DNA from: Bacteroidota bacterium
GTDB lineage: Bacteria; Bacteroidota; Bacteroidia; AKYH767-A; OLB10
Assembly (NCBI GenBank): GCA_031366005.1
Contig: JANLZB010000055.1
Location: 1,179-65,178, forward strand
Direction: 5' to 3'
Length of the DNA: 64,000 bases
This document shows, one piece after another, positions 30,793-40,007 of the stretch. Made by a program: the position numbers and the translations under genes. Position 1 is the stretch's first letter. Each line of letters starts with the position of its first letter. The notes under the pieces were generated by a model. That model was given only the letters and a program-made list of their open reading frames with translations, searched no databases and was not told where the DNA came from.

Positions 30793-31434
30793 TCATTTCT
30801 TTCTCACTATCATCAATCCGTCACGTATGGGCATCAATACATTCTCTATACGATTATCGTTTTGAACTTTAGCATTAAAAGCGGCTATTGCCTTTGTCTC
30901 TTCATCCATTTCTGATTGGGGTTTCAAAACATTTCCACTCCACAAAACATTATCAGCAATAATGTATCCTCCAGGATTTACCTTATCAAAAACCAAATCA
31001 TAATAACGTGAGTAATTTATTTTATCTGCATCAATAAATACCAGATCAAAATTTGCATGCAAGGTGGAAATGATGGAAGTAGCATCACCGGTTATGTGTT
31101 CAACCTTATGAGCAAGGCCCGATTTCTCTAAGTACGTTTGCACCATTTCCTCCAACTCTTCATTGATGTCAATGGTAATCAACTTGCCATGCTGTTGCAA
31201 TCCTTCGCATAAGCAAATGGCGGAATAACCTGTGTAAGTTCCGATCTCCAAAATAAATTGCGGACGAATCATGTGGCTGATCATACTCAACACACGACCC
31301 TGCAAATGTCCGCTTAGCATACGCGGATTTAATACCTGTGCCTGTGTTTCGCGATTAAGCTCTTTTAAAATTGCATTTTCTTCGGAGGTGTGCGCTTCAG
31401 CATAGTGAAGGAGTTTTTCGTCTATGAAATCCAT
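30793..31434 (-). CDS. O-methyltransferase (family 3)
   Basis: MLSGHLQG, LEIGTYTGYSA, FIDADK, ADNVLWSG, RDGLMIVRK. Confidence 0.92.
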   Translation of the reverse strand: MDFIDEKLLHYAEAHTSEENAILKELNRETQAQVLNPRMLSGHLQGRVLSMISHMIRPQFILEIGTYTGYSAICLCEGLQQHGKLITIDINEELEEMVQTYLEKSGLAHKVEHITGDATSIISTLHANFDLVFIDADKINYSRYYDLVFDKVNPGGYIIADNVLWSGNVLKPQSEMDEETKAIAAFNAKVQNDNRIENVLMPIRDGLMIVRKK

Positions 31435-31535
31435 TTTGTTTATTTATAAATAATTGAGTAATATTTATTAAGAAACGTGATTTCGACATAAGCAATATTA
31501 TAAACAACTGGTATTTAAACATTGGTACTTCCTTC

Positions 31536-31620
31536 TTGAATCACATAGTACATAGTTCACATAAGATAACACATAGTCTATGTGAAATTCTATGTTTCTA
31601 TTGTGCCTATTGCGGTTCAA
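31536..31620. repeat. Degenerate inverted element of ACATAG/CTATGT units
   Basis: ttgaatcacatagtacatagttcacataag...acacatag | tctatgtg...ctatgtttctattgtgcctattgcggttcaa. Confidence 0.7.
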
Positions 31621-31747
31621 AGTAAGAATATTAAGAAGACAACCACATGTATTAACACTTTCGCTTATATCGAACTCACGTTAAGTAGTCAAAAATAGTT
31701 AGCATTAAACATTAATCAAATTACCAATTCCGATAAATCGGAACAAA

Positions 31748-33247
31748 TCATTTACTCAACCTGTTTATTCCTGCTTTTGCTTTCTGGTCAATGCTGTTTT
31801 GATATTCATGATTACGCATTGCAAGGCATTTTTTAAAATAATCCAATGCAACAACTGTATCGCCCGCCTCTTCTTTTAATAAACCCAACATCAACGCACT
31901 GTTTGCTGCAAAATAATAAGGTTTCATATCACCATTATTTAATGTCTGGATATAGTACTGTTCTGCCTTGTCTTTTTTTCCTGTTTTATCAAATATACGG
32001 GCAAGGCGATAAGTAAATTCCAGCTGATCTCGTAGTTTGGGAAATGCACTCATGGGTTTACCTGCAATCTCATTCAGCGATCTTATATAATATCCGCCAT
32101 CAAACAATACTCTGCTTCTCAACAATGGAATATTAGGTACTTCTTTTGTTTGCGCTTCTTTGGTTGCCTGGCTGTCTTCATCAGAAAGCGTATTTATTTT
32201 AGTGTTCTCTAAACAATGATTGATATAAGTCTGATAACCTCTTATGTCTCCCTGTAACAATCTGCACCACGCCAAGCGTTGCCACGCAGAATTAATAAAT
32301 GATTTTCCTTTATAATTATTAACATAAAGAAGGAAACTTTTTTCTGCACTGAAATCTAAATTATTTAACCGCGCAGTTCCTTCCATGTAATTGAGATAAT
32401 CAATCTGGTAAGCATTAGGAATTTGTTTTCGGTTTTCAAGCAAGCTAATGATGCTGTCGTTTTCAGAACAGGCGAGATGGAAAACGCTTTTTGCAAATTG
32501 CAACATTGGTTTCTCATCAAGGTCATTGATATTATAAAAACGCTTTCGCAGAATGTCTTTGTTTTTATCTTTCTCCAGGCTCACTTCAAGAAAAGTAAGG
32601 ATCACGATAATGTCTTCGCGTTCCCATGATAATTCAGGATGCGAATAAGTGGCAGCAAGTAGTTGTTTTAGTTCAGAAAATCCTTGCTTAATACTACCAT
32701 CCATGCCCAGCAGGTTAACAATCCATTGGTAATTTTTAGGGATGGCTCCAATCACTGTATGGATGATCCCTATCCCTCGAAGGTTGGGTTTAAAGTCAGG
32801 ATAAAGTGTTTTGTTTTCAGTTAGTATTTTATAGGCTTTGCGCGTGTCGTACATGGTTCCGATAAACTCTTCAAACTTTACACGGGCAATGGCCATCTGT
32901 ATATACATTTCTCCAATCAGTAATCTTGAATAAGGAGAATGCTCCTTGTTTTTTTCAATCAGGTCAATGCGTGCTTCATTGTTTTTTTTGAGTTTATCCA
33001 ATATCACTTCATCCTCCGAAATAAATGAATGGAGAAAATCCATTTCGCTTTCTATATAAAGAGGAATGAGATTGTCCGGATGCAATTTCTTTTCGTTTGT
33101 CAAAATCTGGTTTGCCTTGCGAAAATTAAGTTTCGAAACTTCGTTATAGGCTTCCACGCAGTTATCATTCCATATAAACTCTGCATGGGCAAACTGTGTG
33201 GATAGTATTAAACAAAATAAAATTATCCTCCATCTTAATCCGGACAA
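31748..33247 (-). CDS. Exported TPR-like helical protein (probable start TTG 33247; the ORF-track extension to 33358 runs through repeat DNA)
   Basis: Signal peptide RWRIILFCLILSTQFAHA-E; helical repeats; C-terminal YFAANSAL...HEYQNSIDQKAKAG. Confidence 0.65.
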   Translation of the reverse strand: MSGLRWRIILFCLILSTQFAHAEFIWNDNCVEAYNEVSKLNFRKANQILTNEKKLHPDNLIPLYIESEMDFLHSFISEDEVILDKLKKNNEARIDLIEKNKEHSPYSRLLIGEMYIQMAIARVKFEEFIGTMYDTRKAYKILTENKTLYPDFKPNLRGIGIIHTVIGAIPKNYQWIVNLLGMDGSIKQGFSELKQLLAATYSHPELSWEREDIIVILTFLEVSLEKDKNKDILRKRFYNINDLDEKPMLQFAKSVFHLACSENDSIISLLENRKQIPNAYQIDYLNYMEGTARLNNLDFSAEKSFLLYVNNYKGKSFINSAWQRLAWCRLLQGDIRGYQTYINHCLENTKINTLSDEDSQATKEAQTKEVPNIPLLRSRVLFDGGYYIRSLNEIAGKPMSAFPKLRDQLEFTYRLARIFDKTGKKDKAEQYYIQTLNNGDMKPYYFAANSALMLGLLKEEAGDTVVALDYFKKCLAMRNHEYQNSIDQKAKAGINRLSK

Positions 33248-33264
33248 GCCGGAGCCAAAAAATG

Positions 33265-33460
33265 GACGCAGATTAACAGATGTGAACAGATTTGTTTGAA
33301 GGCTAATCAGATTAATACGCTTACGATTTGAATGTTCCGCTTTAAATTTAAGTGTCATACCTTAAAACAAATGTCTATTTATTTACAAGGATTATGGCAA
33401 TCATGCCGCAGGCATTAATCTGTTCTAATATTAATCTGTTCCCATCTGTTAATCTGCGTC
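33265..33460. repeat. 196-bp element with 28-bp terminal inverted repeats (ACGCAGAT family)
   Basis: gacgcagattaacagatgtgaacagatt (33265-33292) and aatctgttcccatctgttaatctgcgtc (33433-33460); 27 of 28 complementary. Confidence 0.88.
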
Positions 33461-33569
33461 TTCGTTTTATCACTCTTCAAATTAAACGAAAAATAGTTTC
33501 ATATATCTTATGCCTCAGCTAAATCTTTCATCAGGTTGTTAATGAGAAATAACTCATTTGAATTTTAAT

Positions 33570-33683
33570 TAACCTTAGTAGAAAACTGAAGCAGTAATTT
33601 TTATCTTATTCCTATTTATCCTTGAATCAAAATAAGGTAATAAGGTTTTAATGTGATTGTATTTATTTTTTCTACTAAGGGTA
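33570..33683. repeat. 114-bp element with 16-bp terminal inverted repeats
   Basis: taaccttagtagaaaa (33570-33585) and ttttctactaagggta (33668-33683); 15 of 16; aataagg units inside. Confidence 0.7.
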
Positions 33684-33777
33684 AATGATCACTCAATAAG
33701 TTAAATAAATTTCATACGGCCAGTGATGAATGACACAATTGTTTTTAACTCTTACTTTCGCGATAGAAATTAAACCT

Positions 33778-34956
33778 ATGAATCTTATTCTTTTTGACGA
33801 TGCAAGGCGCGAACATATACTCCCCTTTACTTTCACACGTGCATGCTGCGACCTGCGTGTGGGCATTTCTACCATCAGAGAAAAATGGGAGCAGTTACTT
33901 AGCATCGCTTCTTCCACCTTAACGATAGATTACCTCAGCAAAAAGTTTCCGTTAAAAACTGCAGCTGATAATTTATTTATCAATGGACGATTGCTTCCCG
34001 ACAAGGAATTGATTAAAGCAATTAATACTCTGCAACCACGCCAGCAATTAATTAAAGATAACGTAATGCTGGCTGCACGGATGGGTGAAGACAACACTGA
34101 TTACTTAACTGCTTTTGATCAGCTTGCCAGAATTAATTACGATGGAAACGCAACGCTAGTAAATAACACCTGGGATATTTTTAAATTAAATGATGCAGCC
34201 ATCCGGAGCGATTTTGCACGAATGACACACGGAAAAATATCTGCCTCCATTGATGCAAGCAACCGCTTAATGGAACCCGGAAATATTTTTATTGAAGCAG
34301 GAGCAAAGGTGATGTGTGCTGTTTTAAATGCATCCACCGGACCCATTTACATAGGTAAAGATGCAGAGGTGATGGAAGGTTGCATGATACGCGGGCCTTT
34401 TGCGCTGGGCGAACAGGCAGTGTTGAAGATGGGCGCTAAAATATATGGAGCCACCACCATTGGTAACGGATGCAAGGTAGGTGGGGAGGTGAGCAACTCG
34501 GTGATGTATGCTAACTCCAACAAAGCACACGATGGTTTTTTGGGCAACAGCGTGATAGGCGAGTGGTGCAATTTAGGTGCTGATACCAACAACTCTAATT
34601 TGAAAAACAACTATTCAGAAGTAAAGGCGTGGAGCTATGCTGACAATGATTACGTGAACACCGGTTTGCAGTTTTGCGGACTGATGATGGGCGACCACAG
34701 CAAGTGCGGCATCAATACCATGTTTAACACCGGAACCGTGGTGGGCGTTTGCGCCAATATTTTTGGAACTGGTTTTCCAAAAAAGTTTATTCCTTCTTTT
34801 TACTGGGGCAGTGCCGAAGAAAGCGAAATGTTTTTAATTGATAAAGCCATTGATTTAGCACGCAGAGTTTATGAACGCAGGGGAAAAACATTTGATGCAG
34901 ATGATAAAGCTTTGCTGGAGCATTTGTTTATGATGCAGCTGAAGCCGGGGGTGTGA
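33778..34956 (+). CDS. GlmU-like putative sugar nucleotidyltransferase / hexapeptide-repeat protein
   Basis: ILFDD.RREHILPFTFTR.CCDLRVGI; NASTGPIYIG; KAHDGFLGNSVIGEWCNLGADTNNSNLKN. Confidence 0.85.
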   Translation: MNLILFDDARREHILPFTFTRACCDLRVGISTIREKWEQLLSIASSTLTIDYLSKKFPLKTAADNLFINGRLLPDKELIKAINTLQPRQQLIKDNVMLAARMGEDNTDYLTAFDQLARINYDGNATLVNNTWDIFKLNDAAIRSDFARMTHGKISASIDASNRLMEPGNIFIEAGAKVMCAVLNASTGPIYIGKDAEVMEGCMIRGPFALGEQAVLKMGAKIYGATTIGNGCKVGGEVSNSVMYANSNKAHDGFLGNSVIGEWCNLGADTNNSNLKNNYSEVKAWSYADNDYVNTGLQFCGLMMGDHSKCGINTMFNTGTVVGVCANIFGTGFPKKFIPSFYWGSAEESEMFLIDKAIDLARRVYERRGKTFDADDKALLEHLFMMQLKPGV

Positions 34957-35024
34957 AATGTAATACTAAAGCCATCCAAAGTGACTAGGAATTATTTGTA
35001 TGTTTGTTGTAAACAAAACCAACA

Positions 35025-36248
35025 ATGAAAAAAATTATCACTTTACTAGTTCTATTTATATCAGTAAATGTAAAAGCGGATAGCTGGGTGCAAATGGCGA
35101 GTTTTCCGGGGTTGGGATTAGATAATCCATTTTCATTTTCTATTGGGAATAAAGGCTATGTTGGTTGTGGAAGAAGTTCTGCCCAAGTTGTTCAAAATAG
35201 TTTTTGGGAATTTGATCCTTCAATAAATGCCTGGACACAGAAAGCAAATTTTGGAGGTGTAGCAAGATTTCAAGCTAGTGCTTTTTCTATAGGTAATAAA
35301 GGATATGCAGGGTTGGGATACCCTTTCCCAACATCACTTTCGGCACAAGATTTCTGGGAATATGATCCGAATAATAATTTATGGACGCAAAAAGCAAATT
35401 TTGGAGGAGGTAACAGGTTGCAGGCAGTTGGCTTTTCAATTGGTAATATGGGTTATTTTGGTACTGGTTATAATTGGTCCACAATATTTAATGATTTGTG
35501 GCAATATAATCCCACAACTGATACATGGGTACAAAAAACAAGCTTGCCTGGGCTTGCTAGAAAAAATTCAAGTTCCTTTGTAATTGGGAATAATGGATAT
35601 ATAGTAGCTGGAGTTAATGGTAGTGGCTATTTAAATGAATTATGGGAGTATAATAGTATTTCTGATAGTTGGTTTCAGAAAGCCAATTTTCCTTCCACGA
35701 CACGGATTGATGGGTCTGCGTTTTCAATTTGTGATAAAGGCTATTTTGGGCTAGGAGAAACTTCGTCATCACCTCCACTTTATCTAAAAGATTTCTGGGA
35801 ATATAATAGTGTTTCTAATTCATGGATTCAAAAAGCTATTTTTCCAGGTGTGAAACGAAACGAGAGCGCCCATTTTTCAATTGGATATAAAGGTTATGTA
35901 GGGTTGGGTCAGGGGAATGGCTTGCCTTTTTACAATGACTTCTACGAATACACTCCAGATAGTGCATGTGGGATACCGACTATTATTTCAGATTTAGAAT
36001 CTTCAGATTTAAATTTTACCATTTATCCGAACCCCGCAAGGGAAGAGTTTACAGTTTACGGTTTACAATTTCAAACCTACAAGCTAAAAGTTTTTGATTC
36101 CAATGGAAAAGTTGTTTTAACAAAACCGGTAGCAATCAACAACAATCAACTCTCAATCATCAACTGTAACCTGCTCCCCACCGGAATTTATTTTGTGCAG
36201 GTGAGTGATGGGGAGAATAAGGTGGTGAAGAAATTATCAATACTGTAG
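35025..36248 (+). CDS. Kelch-repeat T9SS-secreted protein
   Basis: Signal peptide; six repeats F.IG.KGY.G.G......DFWEY....N.W.QKA.F.G; C-terminal IYPNPA...GIYFVQV...KKLSIL. Confidence 0.9.
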   Translation: MKKIITLLVLFISVNVKADSWVQMASFPGLGLDNPFSFSIGNKGYVGCGRSSAQVVQNSFWEFDPSINAWTQKANFGGVARFQASAFSIGNKGYAGLGYPFPTSLSAQDFWEYDPNNNLWTQKANFGGGNRLQAVGFSIGNMGYFGTGYNWSTIFNDLWQYNPTTDTWVQKTSLPGLARKNSSSFVIGNNGYIVAGVNGSGYLNELWEYNSISDSWFQKANFPSTTRIDGSAFSICDKGYFGLGETSSSPPLYLKDFWEYNSVSNSWIQKAIFPGVKRNESAHFSIGYKGYVGLGQGNGLPFYNDFYEYTPDSACGIPTIISDLESSDLNFTIYPNPAREEFTVYGLQFQTYKLKVFDSNGKVVLTKPVAINNNQLSIINCNLLPTGIYFVQVSDGENKVVKKLSIL

Positions 36249-36326
36249 GGGTTGAATATTTTCAACCCCTGCATAAATATTTACCTTACCGGACAAATTA
36301 TTTTCAACACCTACATAAATATTTAC
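36245..36326. repeat. GTAG-tagged REP palindrome plus a degenerate tandem second copy
   Basis: gtag ggggttgaa/ttcaacccc hairpin (36245-36272) overlaps the TAG stop; ttttcaac(c/a)cct(g/a)cataaatattta recurs at 36301-36325. Confidence 0.75.
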
Positions 36327-36450
36327 AATTATAATTAACCACATTTAAAATAATCAACGCCTGCGGCAACTTAATTATGTTTGCCGCTGGAAAAAATTAA
36401 ACTTACCATAAGGAACAAATAACATAACGTAAACATAAACCATACACAAA

Positions 36451-36990
36451 ATGAAAATCGTAAAAAGAATTTTAATTGGCTTAACAGTAGTGATTGCTGT
36501 GCTGTTATTAATGGCACTGTTTGTTAAAAAGGAATATGCCGTTGAACGGGAAATCACCATCAATAAACCGGTAGCTGAAGTGTTTAATTACATTAAGCAT
36601 ATCAGGAACCAGGATAATTACAGCACCTGGAACAGGAAAGATCCTAACATGAAAAAAGAATACCGGGGCACGGATGGCACTGTGGGTTTTGTGGCGGCAT
36701 GGGACAGTAAAAATGATGAAGTGGGCAAGGGCGAGCAGGAAATCAAGAACATAAATGAAGGCGAGCGCATGGATATGGAACTGCGTTTCTATAAACCTTT
36801 TAAAGCCACTGATAATGCTTACATGACTACTGAAGCAGTTGGTGAAAACCGTACGAAAGTGAAATGGGGTTTTAATGGCAAAATGCCCTACCCGATGAAT
36901 CTGATGCTTGTGTTTATGAATATGGATAAGATGTTAGGCACTGAAATGCAAACGGGGTTAAACGATCTGAAGGCATTGCTTGAGAAATAA
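36451..36990 (+). CDS. SRPBCC (polyketide cyclase) family protein
   Basis: VEREITINKPVAEVFNY, WNRKDPNM, GTDGTVG, VGKGEQEI, LNDLKALLE. Confidence 0.88.
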   Translation: MKIVKRILIGLTVVIAVLLLMALFVKKEYAVEREITINKPVAEVFNYIKHIRNQDNYSTWNRKDPNMKKEYRGTDGTVGFVAAWDSKNDEVGKGEQEIKNINEGERMDMELRFYKPFKATDNAYMTTEAVGENRTKVKWGFNGKMPYPMNLMLVFMNMDKMLGTEMQTGLNDLKALLEK

Positions 36991-37107
36991 TTTTCAGGGG
37001 TTTATTTACGGTGGCGCATGAGGCGTTGACTGTTGTTTTGTTACACATTGCAACCGCCATCATCGGGATTTAATTTTTCTTTGCATTAATAATTTATAAT
37101 TTTTTAA

Positions 37108-38205
37108 GTGATGGGAAACAACTGGCTGCAGTTTACTTTTTTAGAAAACACCATTGAATCTATTCTGTATGCTATCGCTATTATTTTAACCGGACTTATT
37201 TTTCAGCGTTTCATATCGCGCAAGCTTTCGCAGCTCATCTTTAAAATTTTTAAGAAATATTCTTTTGGCGTAAGCGGTGAAAAATTTGTACAGTTACTAA
37301 TTAAACCGTTCAGTGTTTTTGTTTTTCTCATCACCATTTATATTGCATTTCTGCAACTGCATTATCCTGAAAGCTGGCACCTTGTTTCTGAAAACAAAGC
37401 GGGTTTAAAGATGACGGTGTGGAAATTATTTAAGCTTTCCATCATTTTTTCATTGACATGGATCGTGCTGCGGTTAGTTGATTATTTCAGTCTTGTTATG
37501 TTACACCGTGCATCCGTTACTGAATCAAAGTCTGATGATCAGCTGGTGCCATTCTTAAAAGAATCATTAAAGATCCTCATCATCATTTTCACTATTTTTT
37601 TTATCCTCGGCAGCATTTTTAAAATCAATGTGGCATCACTCATTGCCGGTTTGGGTATTGGAGGTCTTGCATTTGCATTGGCTGCAAAGGATACGCTTGA
37701 AAATCTTTTAGGTTCATTCACCATTTTTCTGGATAAGCCATTTGTTGTTGGCGACACAGTAAAGGTGGGCAACGTAGAAGGCAAGGTGGAGAAGATAGGA
37801 TTCCGCAGCACGCAGATACGAAGTGTTGAAAAATCGCTGGTAACCGTTCCCAATAAAAAGATGACCGAAGCCGAGCTGGATAACCTCAGCGAGAAATCAA
37901 TGACACGCGCGGTTTTTCCTTTGGGCATACACTACACCACTCCTTTGGATGTGCTTCAGGATTTTATGGAAGAGCTGAGGAAATATTTAAGTACCAATGA
38001 AAAGTTAAGGACTGATCCGGTGGTTCGTATCAATCGCATTCAGGAGAACACCATAGAACTGCTGGTTTTATTTTTCGTGATGACCAACGAGTGGGAAATT
38101 TATATAAAGGTGAGGGAAGAGATTTTACTTAACATCTTAAAGATAGCACAGGATAAACAAATTCAATTTGCATATCCGGCAAGGGAGATAAATTATAGGC
38201 AATAA
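37108..38205 (+). CDS. MscS family mechanosensitive channel
   Basis: LIAGLGIGGLAFALAAKDTLENL, DKPFVVGD, VEKIGFRST, VTVPN. Confidence 0.92.
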   Translation: MMGNNWLQFTFLENTIESILYAIAIILTGLIFQRFISRKLSQLIFKIFKKYSFGVSGEKFVQLLIKPFSVFVFLITIYIAFLQLHYPESWHLVSENKAGLKMTVWKLFKLSIIFSLTWIVLRLVDYFSLVMLHRASVTESKSDDQLVPFLKESLKILIIIFTIFFILGSIFKINVASLIAGLGIGGLAFALAAKDTLENLLGSFTIFLDKPFVVGDTVKVGNVEGKVEKIGFRSTQIRSVEKSLVTVPNKKMTEAELDNLSEKSMTRAVFPLGIHYTTPLDVLQDFMEELRKYLSTNEKLRTDPVVRINRIQENTIELLVLFFVMTNEWEIYIKVREEILLNILKIAQDKQIQFAYPAREINYRQ

Positions 38206-38227
38206 TTTTTTTTGATGGTTTTTAGGT

Positions 38228-38599
38228 TTACTTTTTAAAGATGAAATAAACTGCAAGAATCAGGAAACCAAATCCAATAAGATGATTGATCTTGAAAGTT
38301 TCGTTTTTGAAAACAAGAAGTGTGAAAAGCGTAAAGACCATTAATGTAATTACTTCTTGAATAACTTTTAGTTGCCAGATATTAAATGGACCTCCGTTTT
38401 CAACAAACCCAATTCTGTTTGCAGGAACCTGGAATGCATATTCAAAAAGTGCAATTCCCCAACTGATTAAGATGATGCTCATTAAACCTAAATTATTGAA
38501 TCCGTTAATCTGTTTAAATTTCAGATGACCATACCAGGCAAAAGTCATGAAGGTGTTGGAGATGATTAAAAGTAGAATGGTGTAAATTGTTTTTCTCAT
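38228..38599 (-). CDS. DMT family protein (DUF486)
   Basis: SNTFMTFAWYGHLK, SWGIALFEY.FQVPANRIG, QLKVIQEVITL. Confidence 0.9.
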   Translation of the reverse strand: MRKTIYTILLLIISNTFMTFAWYGHLKFKQINGFNNLGLMSIILISWGIALFEYAFQVPANRIGFVENGGPFNIWQLKVIQEVITLMVFTLFTLLVFKNETFKINHLIGFGFLILAVYFIFKK

Positions 38600-38662
38600 T
38601 ATTTATTTTTATGGAGAAGCTAAATTAAATTTTCTCCATAATAATAACCGTAATCTTAAAAA

Positions 38663-39544
38663 TTACCAGCTTCCGCCAGCTCCGCCACCACCAAAGCTTC
38701 CACCACCGAATCCACCGAATCCTCCACCTCCGCCACTGCCTCCTCCGAAACCGCCAAACCCTCCTCCGCCCGAAGTGAAACTGCCCCAGCTTCCACTTTG
38801 GCGTCCGCGCGCTGCGCTTAACAATCCCCATGCAGCCCAAAAGGGAATGCTGTTTAATGCAGAGTAACGGCTTACAGACCTAATGCGGCTGAAAAACATA
38901 AATGCGAAGATAGCTGCCATTATCAAAAGCGCGCGGATGGGCAGGCCTCCTCCTTTTCTCTTTGCGGGAGCCGTGGGTTGATAATCACCGCGTGCCAGAT
39001 TAATGATCTGGGTAGTACCAGCGTCTATACCCTCATAATATTGTTGTTGTTTAAAAAATGGTTTGATGTCTTCTTCAATGATTCTTTTGCAATAAGCATC
39101 GGGCATGGCTCCTTCCAATCCGTAACCGGGAGCGATAAACATTTTATGCTCGTTCATGGAGATCAATAAAAGCACTCCATTGTTTTTTCCTTTCTGCCCA
39201 ATGCCCCATTGTTCAGCCAACTTAAATGAATAGTCGCTAAGCGGATATCCATCCAGCGTTGACATGATTACAACTGCAATCTGTACCGAAGAGCTATCAT
39301 TGAAAGCAACGAGCTTATTTTCCAGTGCCGATAATTCTGACTCACTTAATGTGTTAGTGAAATCTGTTACCAAGCGTGGAGGATTGGGTCGCGGTGGTAT
39401 TTCCTGTGCAAAGAGATTTATTACAGAGCAAGTAAAGATTAGAAACGAAGCAAACAGCTTAAAGATGTTGACTTTGTTGAAAGTGTTTTTGGTGCCGATG
39501 CTCTTAACGGAGGAAGCAGTGGAGAAGGATTTAAGCATCTTCAT
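38663..39544 (-). CDS. TPM domain protein with Gly-rich tail
   Basis: WGIGQKGKNNGVL, GYGLEG..PD, GGFGGFGGGSFGGGGAGGSW. Confidence 0.9.
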   Translation of the reverse strand: MKMLKSFSTASSVKSIGTKNTFNKVNIFKLFASFLIFTCSVINLFAQEIPPRPNPPRLVTDFTNTLSESELSALENKLVAFNDSSSVQIAVVIMSTLDGYPLSDYSFKLAEQWGIGQKGKNNGVLLLISMNEHKMFIAPGYGLEGAMPDAYCKRIIEEDIKPFFKQQQYYEGIDAGTTQIINLARGDYQPTAPAKRKGGGLPIRALLIMAAIFAFMFFSRIRSVSRYSALNSIPFWAAWGLLSAARGRQSGSWGSFTSGGGGFGGFGGGSGGGGGFGGFGGGSFGGGGAGGSW

Positions 39545-39981
39545 TTTCCGAATTCTATATCGTCAGATAATTCATTGCGGTCAGCATCAGTACGTGGAAA
39601 GTATTGCTGAAGTGCCTGTCCTGCTTCCGTAATTCCCTGGATCAATCCATCAGTAAAACGCGAATGTTTAAAATGCGCTGCCATGTTTTCTTTTATCTTG
39701 TTCCAGAAATCATCTCCCACTTTAGCATGTATTCCTGTATCACCAATGATGGCAAATTTTTTATCCTCTAAAGCAAGATAAATTAACACACCATTTCTTT
39801 CAGACGTTTTATGCATCATCATTTCAGCAAAAACAAATGCAGCACGGTCTAACACATCCGTTTTACATTTGTCTTCAATAAAAACCCGCACCTCGCCTGA
39901 AGTAAGCATCTCTGCATCATGCACAGCCTGTTTAATTCTCCCGCGTTGTTCGGTTGAGAAATAATCAATGGCTTTCATCAA
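39541..39981 (-). CDS. TPM domain protein
   Basis: AEMLTSGEVRV, T.ERNGVLIY, FAIIGD.GI, NELSDDI. Confidence 0.88.
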   Translation of the reverse strand: MMKAIDYFSTEQRGRIKQAVHDAEMLTSGEVRVFIEDKCKTDVLDRAAFVFAEMMMHKTSERNGVLIYLALEDKKFAIIGDTGIHAKVGDDFWNKIKENMAAHFKHSRFTDGLIQGITEAGQALQQYFPRTDADRNELSDDIEFGK

Positions 39982-40007
39982 TGAGCTTTATATGTTGAAT
40001 AAGAAAA

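Noticed and set aside
33248-33358. N-terminal extension of the TPR protein as given in the ORF track
   Set aside because: It runs through repeat DNA ahead of a clear signal peptide, so a later start is more plausible. The same applies to the extended starts given for trmB (41675), GlmU-like (33730) and the deacetylase (51971).
38663-38780. GC-rich repeat as a foreign element
   Set aside because: It is explained by the Gly-rich tail typical of TPM proteins.
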